The notes beneath the pieces were generated by a model. The model did no database searches. It worked only from the letters and a program-made list of their open reading frames with translations, and had not been told where the DNA came from. 64,000 nucleotides of DNA from a virus (taxonomy: Duplodnaviria > Caudoviricetes): IMG/VR virus record IMGVR_UViG_3300037714_000131, positions 1-64,000 of that record, one strand, 5' to 3'. Numbering within the stretch: the stretch's first letter is position 1; every line of letters begins with the position of its first letter. Below are positions 9,258 through 18,317 of the stretch, piece by piece. A program made the translations under genes and the position numbers.

Positions 9258-10480
9258 CAGGCTGTATAAACAGAACTTGACTTGCTTCTAAAAACAATTA
9301 AGAACAAATCGTGATTCTCAGCTACAAATATCGCCTTGAGCCAAATAAGACGCAGTGCGAGATTCTGTCGGGTATGCTTGGCGATTTCTGTGAACTCTAC
9401 AATGCCGGTCTTGAGCATCGTATAGAAGCTTACCGCAAGGGTGTCTCGATCAGGCGCAATGAGCAGATTGTGACGCTGCCCATCATTCGCCGCGACGCTC
9501 CCGACACACACGGTCGATGGTCCTGTACCGCGCAACAGCAGGTTCTGCGCAAGCTCGACAAAAGCTTCAAGGCATTCTTCGCCCGCATCCGGCGCGGGGC
9601 AAAAGCCGGGTTCCCCCGCTTCCGTGCCCGCGCTCGTTATCACGCCGCCGATTTCCGCGTCGGGGACGGGCTGACAATCCGCAAGTCCGGCCGTCTCGGC
9701 TTCGTCGGCGTTCCCGGTGAGATCAAGGTGCGATGGCATCGCGAGATGCCTAGCAAGCCGAAGTCCGCGATCCTCACCCGTCAGGCAGGCAAGTGGTACA
9801 TCGTCTTTCACGTCGAGGTCGAAACAGTCGAGCGCGCCGGGCCTGATAGCGTCGGCATTGATCTCGGATTGACCAACCTCGTAGCGCTCAGCAATGGCGA
9901 GACAATCGCGCGACCCGGCTGGACGAAGCAAGCCGCGAAGGGCTTGCGCTTGCGTCAGCGCGCCGTTGTTCGTTGCAAGCGCGGGTCCAACGTGCGGCGC
10001 AAACGCGTCGTCGCACTGGCCCGCTATCACGCCCGGATCGGCAATCGCCGCCGCGACTTCTGTCACAAGATCAGCCGCGATCTGGTCAATCGTTTCGGTC
10101 GGATCGCAGTCGAAAAACTCAACATCAAAGGCTTGGCAGCCGGGATGCTGGCCAAGCACGTAAATGACGCCGCGTGGGGTCTTATCGCCTCTTTCACTCG
10201 CTACAAGGCTGAAAGCGCCAGTTGCGAGTTCATCGAAGTCGATCCACGCGGAACCAGCCAAACCTGCCCTGAATGCGGGATTATCGCCGTCAAAACGCTT
10301 GCGACCCGAGATCACCGCTGCGAATGCGGCTGCGTCTTGGATCGTGACGTGGCTGCGGCAAAAATCGTGCATCTCAGAGCTTTCGGTTTCATCCCCGGTG
10401 CGGGGATTGGTCAGTTAACCCAGCGGATTGCCGCTTAGGTTTGATCAGAAGCCGCCTGCTTTTAGTTGGCGGTAGTTCAC
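9258..10480 (+). mobile_element. IS200/IS605-family solo tnpB element 1
   Basis: Right-end hairpin GAAG-CCGCC...GGCGG ending TTCAC at 10480; left flank TCCAT; no tnpA; left boundary ambiguous by 7 bp. Confidence 0.75.
9311..10438 (+). CDS. tnpB: RNA-guided endonuclease TnpB
   Basis: YKYRLEP start; RuvC residues GIDLG, AVEKL, DRDVAAA; CPECG...CECG zinc ribbon. Confidence 0.95.
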   Translation: MILSYKYRLEPNKTQCEILSGMLGDFCELYNAGLEHRIEAYRKGVSIRRNEQIVTLPIIRRDAPDTHGRWSCTAQQQVLRKLDKSFKAFFARIRRGAKAGFPRFRARARYHAADFRVGDGLTIRKSGRLGFVGVPGEIKVRWHREMPSKPKSAILTRQAGKWYIVFHVEVETVERAGPDSVGIDLGLTNLVALSNGETIARPGWTKQAAKGLRLRQRAVVRCKRGSNVRRKRVVALARYHARIGNRRRDFCHKISRDLVNRFGRIAVEKLNIKGLAAGMLAKHVNDAAWGLIASFTRYKAESASCEFIEVDPRGTSQTCPECGIIAVKTLATRDHRCECGCVLDRDVAAAKIVHLRAFGFIPGAGIGQLTQRIAA

Positions 10481-10539
10481 CAGGCTGACGCCATATCCCC
10501 CCCGCGCCAGATCATCCCTTGCCATCGCCTCGTCTGCCA

Positions 10540-10923
10540 TCAAAGCTCATCGGTCAAATCGTCTGGATGGACGCCGTACAGTGTCGCCACGGCATCGCGC
10601 ATTTTCGCCTTGATGTCTTGCAGCGTTTCGCGCAAATATTGGTTGCTGGCTTCGAGTTCGCTAACGCCGTTATCATAGGCGATCTCGGCGGCATCCAGAA
10701 CCTCGTTAGACATGTAATCAAGGTCATGCGCCCCGCTGTGGGAATAACCGATAAGCTGGGCAAGCTGTTCTCGATCCTCCCGGCTGAAATCTTTCACCGC
10801 AATCTGGTTCAGATCGAACGGGCCAGCTTCCAGAAGCCACCGCACAATTGCGTTTTGCTTGAATCTTATGACGCCATGCTTATCCGCCACGAGTGGTTGT
10901 ATCGGGTGTGGTTTTTCGTTCAT
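10540..10923 (-). CDS. Hypothetical protein
   Basis: ORF with RBS in the leftward operon. Confidence 0.65.
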   Translation of the reverse strand: MNEKPHPIQPLVADKHGVIRFKQNAIVRWLLEAGPFDLNQIAVKDFSREDREQLAQLIGYSHSGAHDLDYMSNEVLDAAEIAYDNGVSELEASNQYLRETLQDIKAKMRDAVATLYGVHPDDLTDEL

Positions 10924-10962
10924 TTTTTCAATCTCTCAATCTCCCCCGTATAGGGAGAGGGG

Positions 10963-11151
10963 TTAGGCGGCGTCACTCACCGCCGCGATAGCAGTCCTAC
11001 CCATCTCTTCGAAGATTTCATCCCATAGCTCCGGCCCTTCGATTCCAAGCTGATCATCTCGGAACCCGCGCCGACCGCTCAGGGCCTCCATATAAATGCG
11101 CTTGCCGATCTTGCCTTCTCTTGTCTGCGGGTCTGTGTCGTAGTAGCTCAT
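10963..11151 (-). CDS. Hypothetical protein
   Basis: ORF with GAGGAAGG RBS. Confidence 0.6.
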   Translation of the reverse strand: MSYYDTDPQTREGKIGKRIYMEALSGRRGFRDDQLGIEGPELWDEIFEEMGRTAIAAVSDAA

Positions 11152-11346
11152 CTCATCCTTCCTCTATACGGAGAGCATAGTGCGTGCGGTTAGAACAGGC
11201 GTGAACGCCCCGATGGGGCGGGCACCACGACGGCACCATCGGTTCATCAGACGTTCCGGCGCAAACAAGCGACATCGTGCGCAATGAGAACGTTTGTTCT
11301 CCAGCGCCTGACGCATGTAAAACCGTTGATTTACAAGGTGATTTAA

Positions 11347-11394
11347 TGGAGCGGGCGATGAGATTCGAACTTATGACCCTAACCTTGGCAAGGT
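11347..11394 (-). other. attP core: 3' half of tRNA-Gly(GCC)
   Basis: Minus strand ACCTTGCCAAGGTTAGGGTCATAAGTTCGAATCTCATCGCCCGCTCCA gives anticodon arm, T arm and CCA but no 5' half; repeated ACCATCG boxes at about 11235, 11455 and 11466; integrase 1.4 kb away. Confidence 0.85.
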
Positions 11395-11555
11395 GGCGGC
11401 GTAGGCTTAAAAAACGTTGCTGCATAACGAAAACCTTAGTTGGGTTTTTCAAAAACCATCGCTGGAACCATCGGTCTCTTGGTTCGGAGGGGATGGTTTG
11501 ACCGGCCTGCCGAAGCGCCGGGATGAGCCATCCCCTCCTGATGAAGCCTTCACGG

Positions 11556-11849
11556 TCAGTCACCGGCTTCATGTTCATTTTTCTCCGCGAAAGTGTATTT
11601 GCTATTCCATGGCCTCCGAAAGACCATTCGCCCGTTCAAGATATTTTCCTCGGCTTCCAACTTGAACGGCATCCTGTCGCAAAACCATTTCTGCAAAAAT
11701 TCGGCGTCCTGCCTGTCGAGCGGAGAAGCCGGCACTTCTAAATCCACAAACTCGCGCCGATCAATTCCGAGGCTTTGCCCTGGACGAAGCAGGAGAAGTT
11801 GCTGAAGCAAGCCAGCGGCATTGCGCAGTGTGTCGAACGGTCCGCTCAT
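11556..11849 (-). CDS. Hypothetical protein
   Basis: Coupled ORF in the leftward operon. Confidence 0.6.
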   Translation of the reverse strand: MSGPFDTLRNAAGLLQQLLLLRPGQSLGIDRREFVDLEVPASPLDRQDAEFLQKWFCDRMPFKLEAEENILNGRMVFRRPWNSKYTFAEKNEHEAGD

Positions 11850-12196
11850 TTCTCTTCCGCCGTAAGAATAGTGCGTTCAATCGCGTAAGCATCGACTCCG
11901 TCCTGCAGGTGAGCCGAATGGGGGATGCGATGCTCTGCACCGTCCATCATCCGAACAATGAGAATGCTGTCCCCCGGCATGTTCGCGTAGTGACGGCGAT
12001 CCCATTCCATGCTTGCAACGAAAGCTGGGTTGATCGATAGGGACCCTGCCTTGACCATCTTCGCGCGAGGCGCTTGCACGTGCTCAATGAGCTTGAGCAT
12101 GGTGTCGTGTTCGACCAACACAACGTCACTGCCGTTGGACTTGCTGCCTTCGATGCGGCGCAAAATGATGTCAATATCAATGGCCAAGCTGTTCAT
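11846..12196 (-). CDS. Hypothetical protein
   Basis: Coupled ORF. Confidence 0.6.
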   Translation of the reverse strand: MNSLAIDIDIILRRIEGSKSNGSDVVLVEHDTMLKLIEHVQAPRAKMVKAGSLSINPAFVASMEWDRRHYANMPGDSILIVRMMDGAEHRIPHSAHLQDGVDAYAIERTILTAEEK

Positions 12197-12348
12197 TTCT
12201 GTTTCTTCGCCTTTATCGTCAGTTCAGCCGAGCAAGTCGGGCATGTCGTCGGCATATAAACGGTGTAGAAGATCGTTCTGCATAGCGGGCAGATCAGCCG
12301 GTACTCGTCGCCGCTTGGCGCGTCTAAATCTTCACGGTTACGGCTCAT
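12193..12348 (-). CDS. 51-aa zinc-ribbon protein (below the ORF-track cut-off)
   Basis: Hand translation gives CPLC...CPTC; ATGA overlaps on both sides. Confidence 0.6.
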   Translation of the reverse strand: MSRNREDLDAPSGDEYRLICPLCRTIFYTVYMPTTCPTCSAELTIKAKKQK

Positions 12349-12536
12349 GATTTTGGCCTCGGGCGAAAAGTGTCATCCCACACTTCGCGGTTGGTCATGG
12401 CGCAGCAGCCGCACTCGCGACCGTTACAGCAATGATACGCATCAGGGTCTTGATCCCAGACCGTTTCGCGCCACTCTTGCAAGAAGGCGCGGAACATGTT
12501 CCAGAGCACACGAAGTTTCATTAGCCGGTCTCTCAT
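12345..12536 (-). CDS. Hypothetical Cys-containing protein
   Basis: Coupled ORF, CCNGRECGCC. Confidence 0.55.
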   Translation of the reverse strand: MRDRLMKLRVLWNMFRAFLQEWRETVWDQDPDAYHCCNGRECGCCAMTNREVWDDTFRPRPKS

Positions 12537-12769
12537 TTCGCCATGATCTCCGCTAGATCCCTACGAATTCCCGTGAAGCCATCTTCATCAGCTTCGCAAT
12601 AGCCGACAACCGTACAGAGATGATCGAAGCTCTCGCCGTGCGCAAGCGGATCATCCGGGAACTCGTTATAAAGCCGAACGAAAGCGCCTGCCACCTTCAG
12701 CAATCGGTTATAAGCTGCTTGCAGTTCTTCATTTTCGGCATAGAGCCGCTTGTATGATTCCGGTGTCAT
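12533..12769 (-). CDS. Hypothetical protein
   Basis: Coupled to the integrase. Confidence 0.55.
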   Translation of the reverse strand: MTPESYKRLYAENEELQAAYNRLLKVAGAFVRLYNEFPDDPLAHGESFDHLCTVVGYCEADEDGFTGIRRDLAEIMAK

Positions 12770-13842
12770 CGTGATTTCCTCTTATCCGCCAGCCTCACAA
12801 CATCCGCGTCATTCCGCATTCCCTGCCACCTCGACGCGATGTTCTTCACTTCATCCTGCACTTCGGATTGCTCCAAATGCCCATAGCGCTGCATCGGCAT
12901 TTTCGCCGTTTTCCAACGCCCGGCGTTCATCAAGAATTTCAAGCTCTTGCCTTCCTGCAGAACGCGGGTTGAAAATGAGTGCCGCCCGATGGCGTGCGAT
13001 CCGTAGACGGGTTGTCCCGCTGCCTCGCAGGCGCGGACGATCGACTTCCGGTAATTCGATGCGTGGCAGGTGCCGAACAGCCATTTCTGATTTGGCCACT
13101 CCGGGATTTCGCGGATCGCTTCAAGCACGGGTTCAGAGAGCGATATCAGCGCAGGTTCGCCGGTCTTCGTGTCGGGGATCGACAATTCGCCGCGCGCCAT
13201 GTTCAGATCAGATGGCGTCCGCTTCAGCGCTTCCGAGATGCGCAATCCGTGCAAGGTAATCAACAGCGTTGCCGCGCGCTTTGATTCCGACAGATGCGGC
13301 CAGACCGCGCGGAACCAGTCTTCACCGGGAAGCTTCAGCGCCGGTGCCTTGTCGTGACCTTTCGGCCTGATCAGGATCGGCGGCGGGCACATCTTCAGCT
13401 TGGCGGCATGGTTCAAAACCGCCAGAATCGGTGTAAAAATTATCCGATTAATGTATGATGCCTTGCAACCAGCCTTGGCTGCGACAAGTTCTTGCACAAG
13501 CTCCTGCGTCACGTCGCCCAAAGGTGTCTTGCCGATGTGCTCCAAGATCGGCGCAAGGTAGGTCCGTTCACCACCGGATTGCATGTATGACAAAGCCGCC
13601 ATTGCAAATGTTACCCGTTCACGCTCGTCAACCGCTTCGGCAAGCGGGAGATTGAGGCGCTCGTGATGTGCTCTTTCGATCTGTTTTCCGATGATACGGG
13701 CTTCGGCGAGCGTGCCAGCGCCAGTGCCTCGCTCACAGGATCGGTATTCAAGCGTGCCGTCCGCTTTCCTGAACGGGAGCTTGCCCCGGTAGGTGTATAT
13801 GACCGTTCCGTCTTTCTTGAGCTTTTTTCGGTAACTTGGCAT
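12766..13842 (-). CDS. int: Tyrosine integrase
   Basis: HGLRISEAL, HAIGRHSF and RYGH catalytic motifs. Confidence 0.95.
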   Translation of the reverse strand: MPSYRKKLKKDGTVIYTYRGKLPFRKADGTLEYRSCERGTGAGTLAEARIIGKQIERAHHERLNLPLAEAVDERERVTFAMAALSYMQSGGERTYLAPILEHIGKTPLGDVTQELVQELVAAKAGCKASYINRIIFTPILAVLNHAAKLKMCPPPILIRPKGHDKAPALKLPGEDWFRAVWPHLSESKRAATLLITLHGLRISEALKRTPSDLNMARGELSIPDTKTGEPALISLSEPVLEAIREIPEWPNQKWLFGTCHASNYRKSIVRACEAAGQPVYGSHAIGRHSFSTRVLQEGKSLKFLMNAGRWKTAKMPMQRYGHLEQSEVQDEVKNIASRWQGMRNDADVVRLADKRKSR

Positions 13843-14036
13843 TCGTCTATCTCGCTATAGCGCTGGATGAAATCTTCTCTGACGAGGAAGAATTTACCAT
13901 GCTGCTTGCCGAGCTTGTGCAGTTTCGCTTTCGATGAGATCCACCGCGCCGATGGCGGCGGATCGGTCGGATACTGCTTCTGAAGCTCCGGGATTGTGAT
14001 CATGCGGACCTTCTCCGTTTGCGGTGCGTCACTCAT
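13611..14036 (-). CDS. Putative excisionase
   Basis: Position upstream of and overlapping int; winged-helix-like N-terminus. Confidence 0.5.
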   Translation of the reverse strand: MSDAPQTEKVRMITIPELQKQYPTDPPPSARWISSKAKLHKLGKQHGKFFLVREDFIQRYSEIDECQVTEKSSRKTERSYTPTGASSRSGKRTARLNTDPVSEALALARSPKPVSSENRSKEHITSASISRLPKRLTSVNG

Positions 14037-14301
14037 CTGCGCGCTCCTTATCCTTCGCCTCGGCATCTTCCAAAAACCGGCGCATGACGGCCGCCATCTC
14101 GCGTTCCTGTTCAAGGTACTTGTCGGCTTTGTCCTGATCGACGTATCCTTCACCCCAGCAAAGCGGACAGTCCTTCTCGCCGTCGTTTGTGCAGTAGCAC
14201 TGGTCGCCGCCGCAGTAACAGGTGACGGTGCGCCAGCCGTCGCATCGCGGGCAGGTCACGCCTTCTTCATCGAAATAATCTTCGTCGTAATCGTCACTCA
14301 T
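14029..14301 (-). CDS. Zinc-finger protein (DnaJ-like CxxCxGxG)
   Basis: CPRCDG, CYCGG, CPLCWGEG. Confidence 0.6.
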   Translation of the reverse strand: MSDDYDEDYFDEEGVTCPRCDGWRTVTCYCGGDQCYCTNDGEKDCPLCWGEGYVDQDKADKYLEQEREMAAVMRRFLEDAEAKDKERADE

Positions 14302-14533
14302 TGTCGCCTCCGGTATTGAGGTTAGAAGCGGGGGCGATACGCATCTGAATTTCTTTATTAAGCAGATCCAGAGCGGCGACGGTTTCGTCGTACATGGTGC
14401 TGTCGCTGTACTCATCTGCCGGGACGATTTGGATTCCATCGCCGATATCGATTTCGTCGGTCTGGTTCAGATGCCAGTCGTGATGTCTTTGGAGTGCGAC
14501 TCGGACGCCTTCCATGATCAGAATGTCAATCAT
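14294..14533 (-). CDS. Hypothetical protein
   Basis: Coupled ORF with GGAGG RBS. Confidence 0.55.
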   Translation of the reverse strand: MIDILIMEGVRVALQRHHDWHLNQTDEIDIGDGIQIVPADEYSDSTMYDETVAALDLLNKEIQMRIAPASNLNTGGDNE

Positions 14534-14753
14534 TATTGCCTCCGGTATTCTCCGCCGTATCCGGGATGTAGGACTTACAGTGGAAATCATGCGCGGTGAG
14601 ACCCTGAACGTTAATCATGAGTGTGAGCTGCCCCTTGAGAGTAACGAGCGTTTCCACGACGCAATGGCCAACAGATTGCGGCTCATCATCTGCGAGCAGG
14701 ACGACGCGCCAGTGTTCCCAGAACTTGCAGGTGGAGCAGGTGTCTGCCATCAC
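14526..14753 (-). CDS. Hypothetical Cys-rich protein
   Basis: CSTCKFW...C...C pattern. Confidence 0.55.
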   Translation of the reverse strand: MMADTCSTCKFWEHWRVVLLADDEPQSVGHCVVETLVTLKGQLTLMINVQGLTAHDFHCKSYIPDTAENTGGNND

Positions 14754-15112
14754 GCTGCCTCCATCTGCTTTACCGCCAGCTTACGGCGAAGGCGGATGCA
14801 GAGATCCAGGCCCGATGCCGTCAGGGCAATCATCGTCTTCCGGCGATCCCGGCTGGGCGTGTGCGATCCAACCAGACCGAGCTTATGAAGCCGCGAAAGG
14901 TTGTAGGTCACGTTCGATCCGGTGTAATATCCACGGTGCTGGATCTCTCCTGCCGTCAGGCAGTCGGTGCCGATGTTCATGATCATTATGGCTTGCGCCG
15001 CGGTGATCTGTTCCATTCTGGCGGCAGCGCTTACCTGCTCCATCATCCTTGCATGCTGGGCTTGCAGGCTTGGGATGTGATCAGGCATCGGGGGGAGTTG
15101 GTTATCGAGCAT
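14750..15112 (-). CDS. MarR-family regulator, LdtR-like
   Basis: NIGTDCLTAGEIQHRGYYTGSNVTYNLSRL and DRRKTMIALT match the rhizobial LdtR signature as recalled. Confidence 0.75.
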   Translation of the reverse strand: MLDNQLPPMPDHIPSLQAQHARMMEQVSAAARMEQITAAQAIMIMNIGTDCLTAGEIQHRGYYTGSNVTYNLSRLHKLGLVGSHTPSRDRRKTMIALTASGLDLCIRLRRKLAVKQMEAA

Positions 15113-15115
15113 GCT

Positions 15116-15676
15116 CTACTCTCCCTCTGTGTCTGGAGACGGGGGAAGGGCCGAATAAAAATCATCTCGGTAATATTCCCCCCTAATAATCTCTTTGATT
15201 GCCCCAACTGACACATCATATTTTTTCGCCAACCGTTTAAATCCGCATACATTTCTACAATATTCTGACCGTATCGACTGAGCCACCTCATAGGATAACT
15301 TCCTCTGCATAGGCGGCATTACAGTCCTTAAAACTCTCACAGCATGGATGCTATTTTGTGATGAAGTAACCCACTCCAGATTATCCACATTTGGGTTCTT
15401 TCGATTCCCATCTATATGATTAACCTCTGGTAGATTGTCTGGGTTTTCAATAAAAGCATCTGCGACGAGCCTATGAATGCGCGCAGTTGCTCGTTTTGAG
15501 GGTGAAGAAAGCCTTACGACCAAATAACCTTTTGTGTTTATCATTGGTTTTAATTGGCGTCCGGACCACCTTTGTTTAGTTCCATCAGATCGTATAATAG
15601 TTCGCTCTAATGAATACACTTTCCCATCAGGGGATACTTCGTAGCATCCCTCCCATCCGCGAATCTCCTTACGCAT
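15116..15676 (-). CDS. NUMOD4-HNH homing endonuclease
   Basis: IRGWEGCYEVSPDGKV; IHRLVADAFI; VNHIDGNRKNPNVDNLEWVT. Confidence 0.9.
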   Translation of the reverse strand: MRKEIRGWEGCYEVSPDGKVYSLERTIIRSDGTKQRWSGRQLKPMINTKGYLVVRLSSPSKRATARIHRLVADAFIENPDNLPEVNHIDGNRKNPNVDNLEWVTSSQNSIHAVRVLRTVMPPMQRKLSYEVAQSIRSEYCRNVCGFKRLAKKYDVSVGAIKEIIRGEYYRDDFYSALPPSPDTEGE

Positions 15677-16136
15677 CGGATGGCTCCTTTGGTAAGGGCA
15701 TCCAGTGGGTGGGCTCCAAGCCATTGCTTTCAACGTCCCAGCCAGCGTGATGCCACCGCTCGCGAACCTGCACTCGGCGAAGTTCACTGGTTTCCTCGTC
15801 CTGCCAGATCGTGCAGCCAGAAGAAGAGGTCCACCTGCCGATGACAACTGGACGCGACGCGGAGATTTCAGCGGCTATGTGCTCCGGGTAGTCCTCACCA
15901 TCTACGTTCATTGTTCCGGTAAGCAGGATTTCAGTCCCATCCTTCCGCGCGGTCTCTATTGGCTTCCACTCCGTAGCAGTAAGAAGCTGACGAAGCGCGA
16001 AAGGGGCTAAGGCCAGATCAGACATTGAAATAAGCTGACAGTTACCGCATTTGCAATCTGCGCTGTATTTCAGTTTCATTCGGTCTGATAGGCGCTCGAC
16101 CAGTTCTTCGATCTGCTCTCTGGTAAGATCAGGCAT
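15669..16136 (-). CDS. DUF551-family protein
   Basis: WKPIETARKDGT...EPTHWMPLP. Confidence 0.75.
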   Translation of the reverse strand: MPDLTREQIEELVERLSDRMKLKYSADCKCGNCQLISMSDLALAPFALRQLLTATEWKPIETARKDGTEILLTGTMNVDGEDYPEHIAAEISASRPVVIGRWTSSSGCTIWQDEETSELRRVQVRERWHHAGWDVESNGLEPTHWMPLPKEPSDA

Positions 16137-16449
16137 TGTCAGACTCCTGATTGATTTCTATTGGTGTCAGGCTGGCGTCAGCACTTGCAGCGGTCATCTC
16201 ATCGCCCGTGCCGGGCTCATCAAGCTGGCGTTCAGGAAGAGACGCCAAGGCCTCTTTGGCGATCCGCATGGCCTCATCTCCATCACCGCAAGCAGCAATT
16301 CGTTGCATGGTTTGCTCAAAAATAAGTTGGCGCAGCTCAGCATCAAGCGCGGTGAGCCGTTGCTGGATTTCGGCCCTACGAACATTAAGTTTGCTGCGCA
16401 GATCGTCACCAACGAGCCTGTAGGCAGTGGCAAGTCTCATTCCGGTCAA
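16129..16449 (-). CDS. Hypothetical protein
   Basis: Coupled ORF. Confidence 0.55.
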   Translation of the reverse strand: MTGMRLATAYRLVGDDLRSKLNVRRAEIQQRLTALDAELRQLIFEQTMQRIAACGDGDEAMRIAKEALASLPERQLDEPGTGDEMTAASADASLTPIEINQESDNA

Positions 16450-16817
16450 TTCCCGTCCTCCGTCTGGCTCTGGGAGCGCTTCATATCAGTCAGGCACCTG
16501 ATGAACCGGTTGGCGGAGATCTTTCCGTTCGCATCCATGAACGATGCCTCGTACTTGATCTTGTCCGCGCAAGCCTCTACTGCTTCATCCCATACGGCAG
16601 AGGCGGAGGCCGCTGTCGCCTCGTTCAGCTTTCCCTTAAGCGCTGAGATCTCAGCGGCGGAACCTGACAAATCATGCCGCACATAAAGGACATCGTTGCT
16701 GAAAACCTCTTCAGCGCACCAGTTGGTTTCGGATGTGTAGGTGTTGTCGAACGGCTCATCCTCTTCGGCTTGGAGCCAGATCATTTTCGGCCACGTTTTC
16801 AGATTAGCTGGCGTCAT
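16446..16817 (-). CDS. Hypothetical protein
   Basis: PKMIWLQ...TNWC motif seen in small phage proteins. Confidence 0.6.
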   Translation of the reverse strand: MTPANLKTWPKMIWLQAEEDEPFDNTYTSETNWCAEEVFSNDVLYVRHDLSGSAAEISALKGKLNEATAASASAVWDEAVEACADKIKYEASFMDANGKISANRFIRCLTDMKRSQSQTEDGN

Positions 16818-17130
16818 CGGGGTTCCCCTCCGTTGCAATGGCGCGTAGCATGGCCTTGAACTCGATCCGGTAGCCCTCGTAGAGGTTTACAAGTCGACCC
16901 TTTGGGAAATCAGATCCGGATAGCATCAGTGCCAATCTTGTCGTTCTGTCTGGCAGTTTGAATTCAGCGAGCGCCAGCAGCGCGGCTCTTGCCTGCCCCA
17001 TGTAGAAGCGGTACCATTCGTTTTCTGGGTCACGGCTGATGTATTCCCAGTCGATAGGAGCGTCCGTGACCGGAAGGGTTTTATTGCGTTCCAGAACCAG
17101 TGCTCTGGCGACTGCTTGTAGCGGCGTCAT
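16804..17130 (-). CDS. Hypothetical protein
   Basis: Coupled ORF. Confidence 0.55.
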   Translation of the reverse strand: MTPLQAVARALVLERNKTLPVTDAPIDWEYISRDPENEWYRFYMGQARAALLALAEFKLPDRTTRLALMLSGSDFPKGRLVNLYEGYRIEFKAMLRAIATEGNPDDAS

Positions 17131-17387
17131 TCCTTCACCTCATTGTCTTGAACAGTGTCCGCTTCGACCGGAAGTCCATTGAAAAAATACGAAATCGGAA
17201 TGTCGAGAGCCTTCGATATTCTCCAAAGGGTGATACCATACGCCCGGCTTTCCCCGCTCTCATAACGGCAGATTATCGATCTGCTTATTCCGGTACGTTC
17301 AGCCAGGTTTTTCTGTTCGAGAGCGCGACGCTCGCGCCAACGCGCTCTCTGTGCGCCAACGTGTTGGTCTATGCGGTTCGGTTTCAT
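17127..17387 (-). CDS. XRE-family HTH protein
   Basis: EQKNLAERTGISRSIICRYESGESR; LDIPISYFF. Confidence 0.8.
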   Translation of the reverse strand: MKPNRIDQHVGAQRARWRERRALEQKNLAERTGISRSIICRYESGESRAYGITLWRISKALDIPISYFFNGLPVEADTVQDNEVKE

Positions 17388-17388
17388 C

Positions 17389-17772
17389 TCACCATCTTTC
17401 AACTGTGCCATTCATCCGCTTGCGTAGGCCGGATCGTTTGGAGCCGGGGATTGGCCGGGAATATTTCGTCTCAGTCCGCGCGGCCTTGGCCACAAGACGC
17501 TTGCCGTGGGCACGCTCTCCCGCTTTCCTGCCGGTTTTTTCCTGATGGCACGGGATGCACAATAGCTTCCCATCTTCAGCCGTCAGCGGTGGCCGCAAGC
17601 CGTGTTCAATGTCTTCCATCTCCCAGCATTCAAGCGTATGATCCACTTCGAAAGGCTTGCCTCGCAGTAGGATGCCGCAGTCGTCGCCTTCGCAACGGAG
17701 GTTCTCTGATCCACCGGCGCGTTTGAAAATCTCGATGCGGACTTTTTTGCTGAATTCGAGGCGCTTGGTCAT
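17389..17772 (-). CDS. HNH endonuclease-family protein
   Basis: CEGDDC, EVDH, LCIPCHQEKT. Confidence 0.75.
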   Translation of the reverse strand: MTKRLEFSKKVRIEIFKRAGGSENLRCEGDDCGILLRGKPFEVDHTLECWEMEDIEHGLRPPLTAEDGKLLCIPCHQEKTGRKAGERAHGKRLVAKAARTETKYSRPIPGSKRSGLRKRMNGTVERW

Positions 17773-17787
17773 CGCTTATAACTTTCA

Positions 17788-18027
17788 TCATCTACAGTAA
17801 TGATTGCCGCTATTAGCCCACCTTGAATTGAATGCATCTGTTAGCATTCGATTGTACTGAGCATAATTTAAACAAGCAGAGATTTGTCTGCATCCCTCGT
17901 TGTCGTCAGCATACCCATAAACGTCAGCTATGGGAGATGATGTGAATGCGCCGCCATGCAATGTCGTAGATACTACGGACATGTGAGAAACAGCTGCGCC
18001 AAAGATGAAAACAGCAATGTATTTCAC
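17788..18027 (-). CDS. Hypothetical exported protein
   Basis: N-terminal hydrophobic stretch. Confidence 0.5.
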   Translation of the reverse strand: MKYIAVFIFGAAVSHMSVVSTTLHGGAFTSSPIADVYGYADDNEGCRQISACLNYAQYNRMLTDAFNSRWANSGNHYCR

Positions 18028-18317
18028 CGTTTCACCACCTTCAAAACCTCAGACAAGGCAACAACCACAAGGCCTGTCATGAGAACCAAACCCGCGATCA
18101 ATCCAACGATTGGCAAGATCGAAAACACAAACACCCAAAACCCGACGCCAACCGCAATGCATGACACGATGGCCCTGACCCGCTTTCCGGCATCGGTCAT
18201 GAGGCCTGATCGCTTTTCTTCTCGCGGCTCCATACCCGCGTGGATCTCGTCTTCGATTTTTGAGATTTCGCAGGTGTAAATTCCTTTGTCGTTTTGGCGA
18301 AGCCAGGGGCGAGTCAT
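18024..18317 (-). CDS. Membrane protein
   Basis: Two TM segments. Confidence 0.55.
   Translation of the reverse strand: MTRPWLRQNDKGIYTCEISKIEDEIHAGMEPREEKRSGLMTDAGKRVRAIVSCIAVGVGFWVFVFSILPIVGLIAGLVLMTGLVVVALSEVLKVVKR

Noticed and set aside
9257-10372. 371-aa minus-strand ORF
   Set aside because: Antisense shadow of tnpB 1, typical of GC-rich coding DNA
11347-11394. Complete tRNA-Gly gene
   Set aside because: The 5' acceptor strand and D arm are absent; it fits an attP core
11153-11578. Prophage/host boundary, or real ORFs across attP
   Set aside because: Phage-type genes lie on both sides; the ORFs spanning the site lack RBS or family features
15116-15847. Second group I intron around the NUMOD4-HNH
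   Set aside because: The gene is coupled to intact neighbours and no intron core motifs flank it
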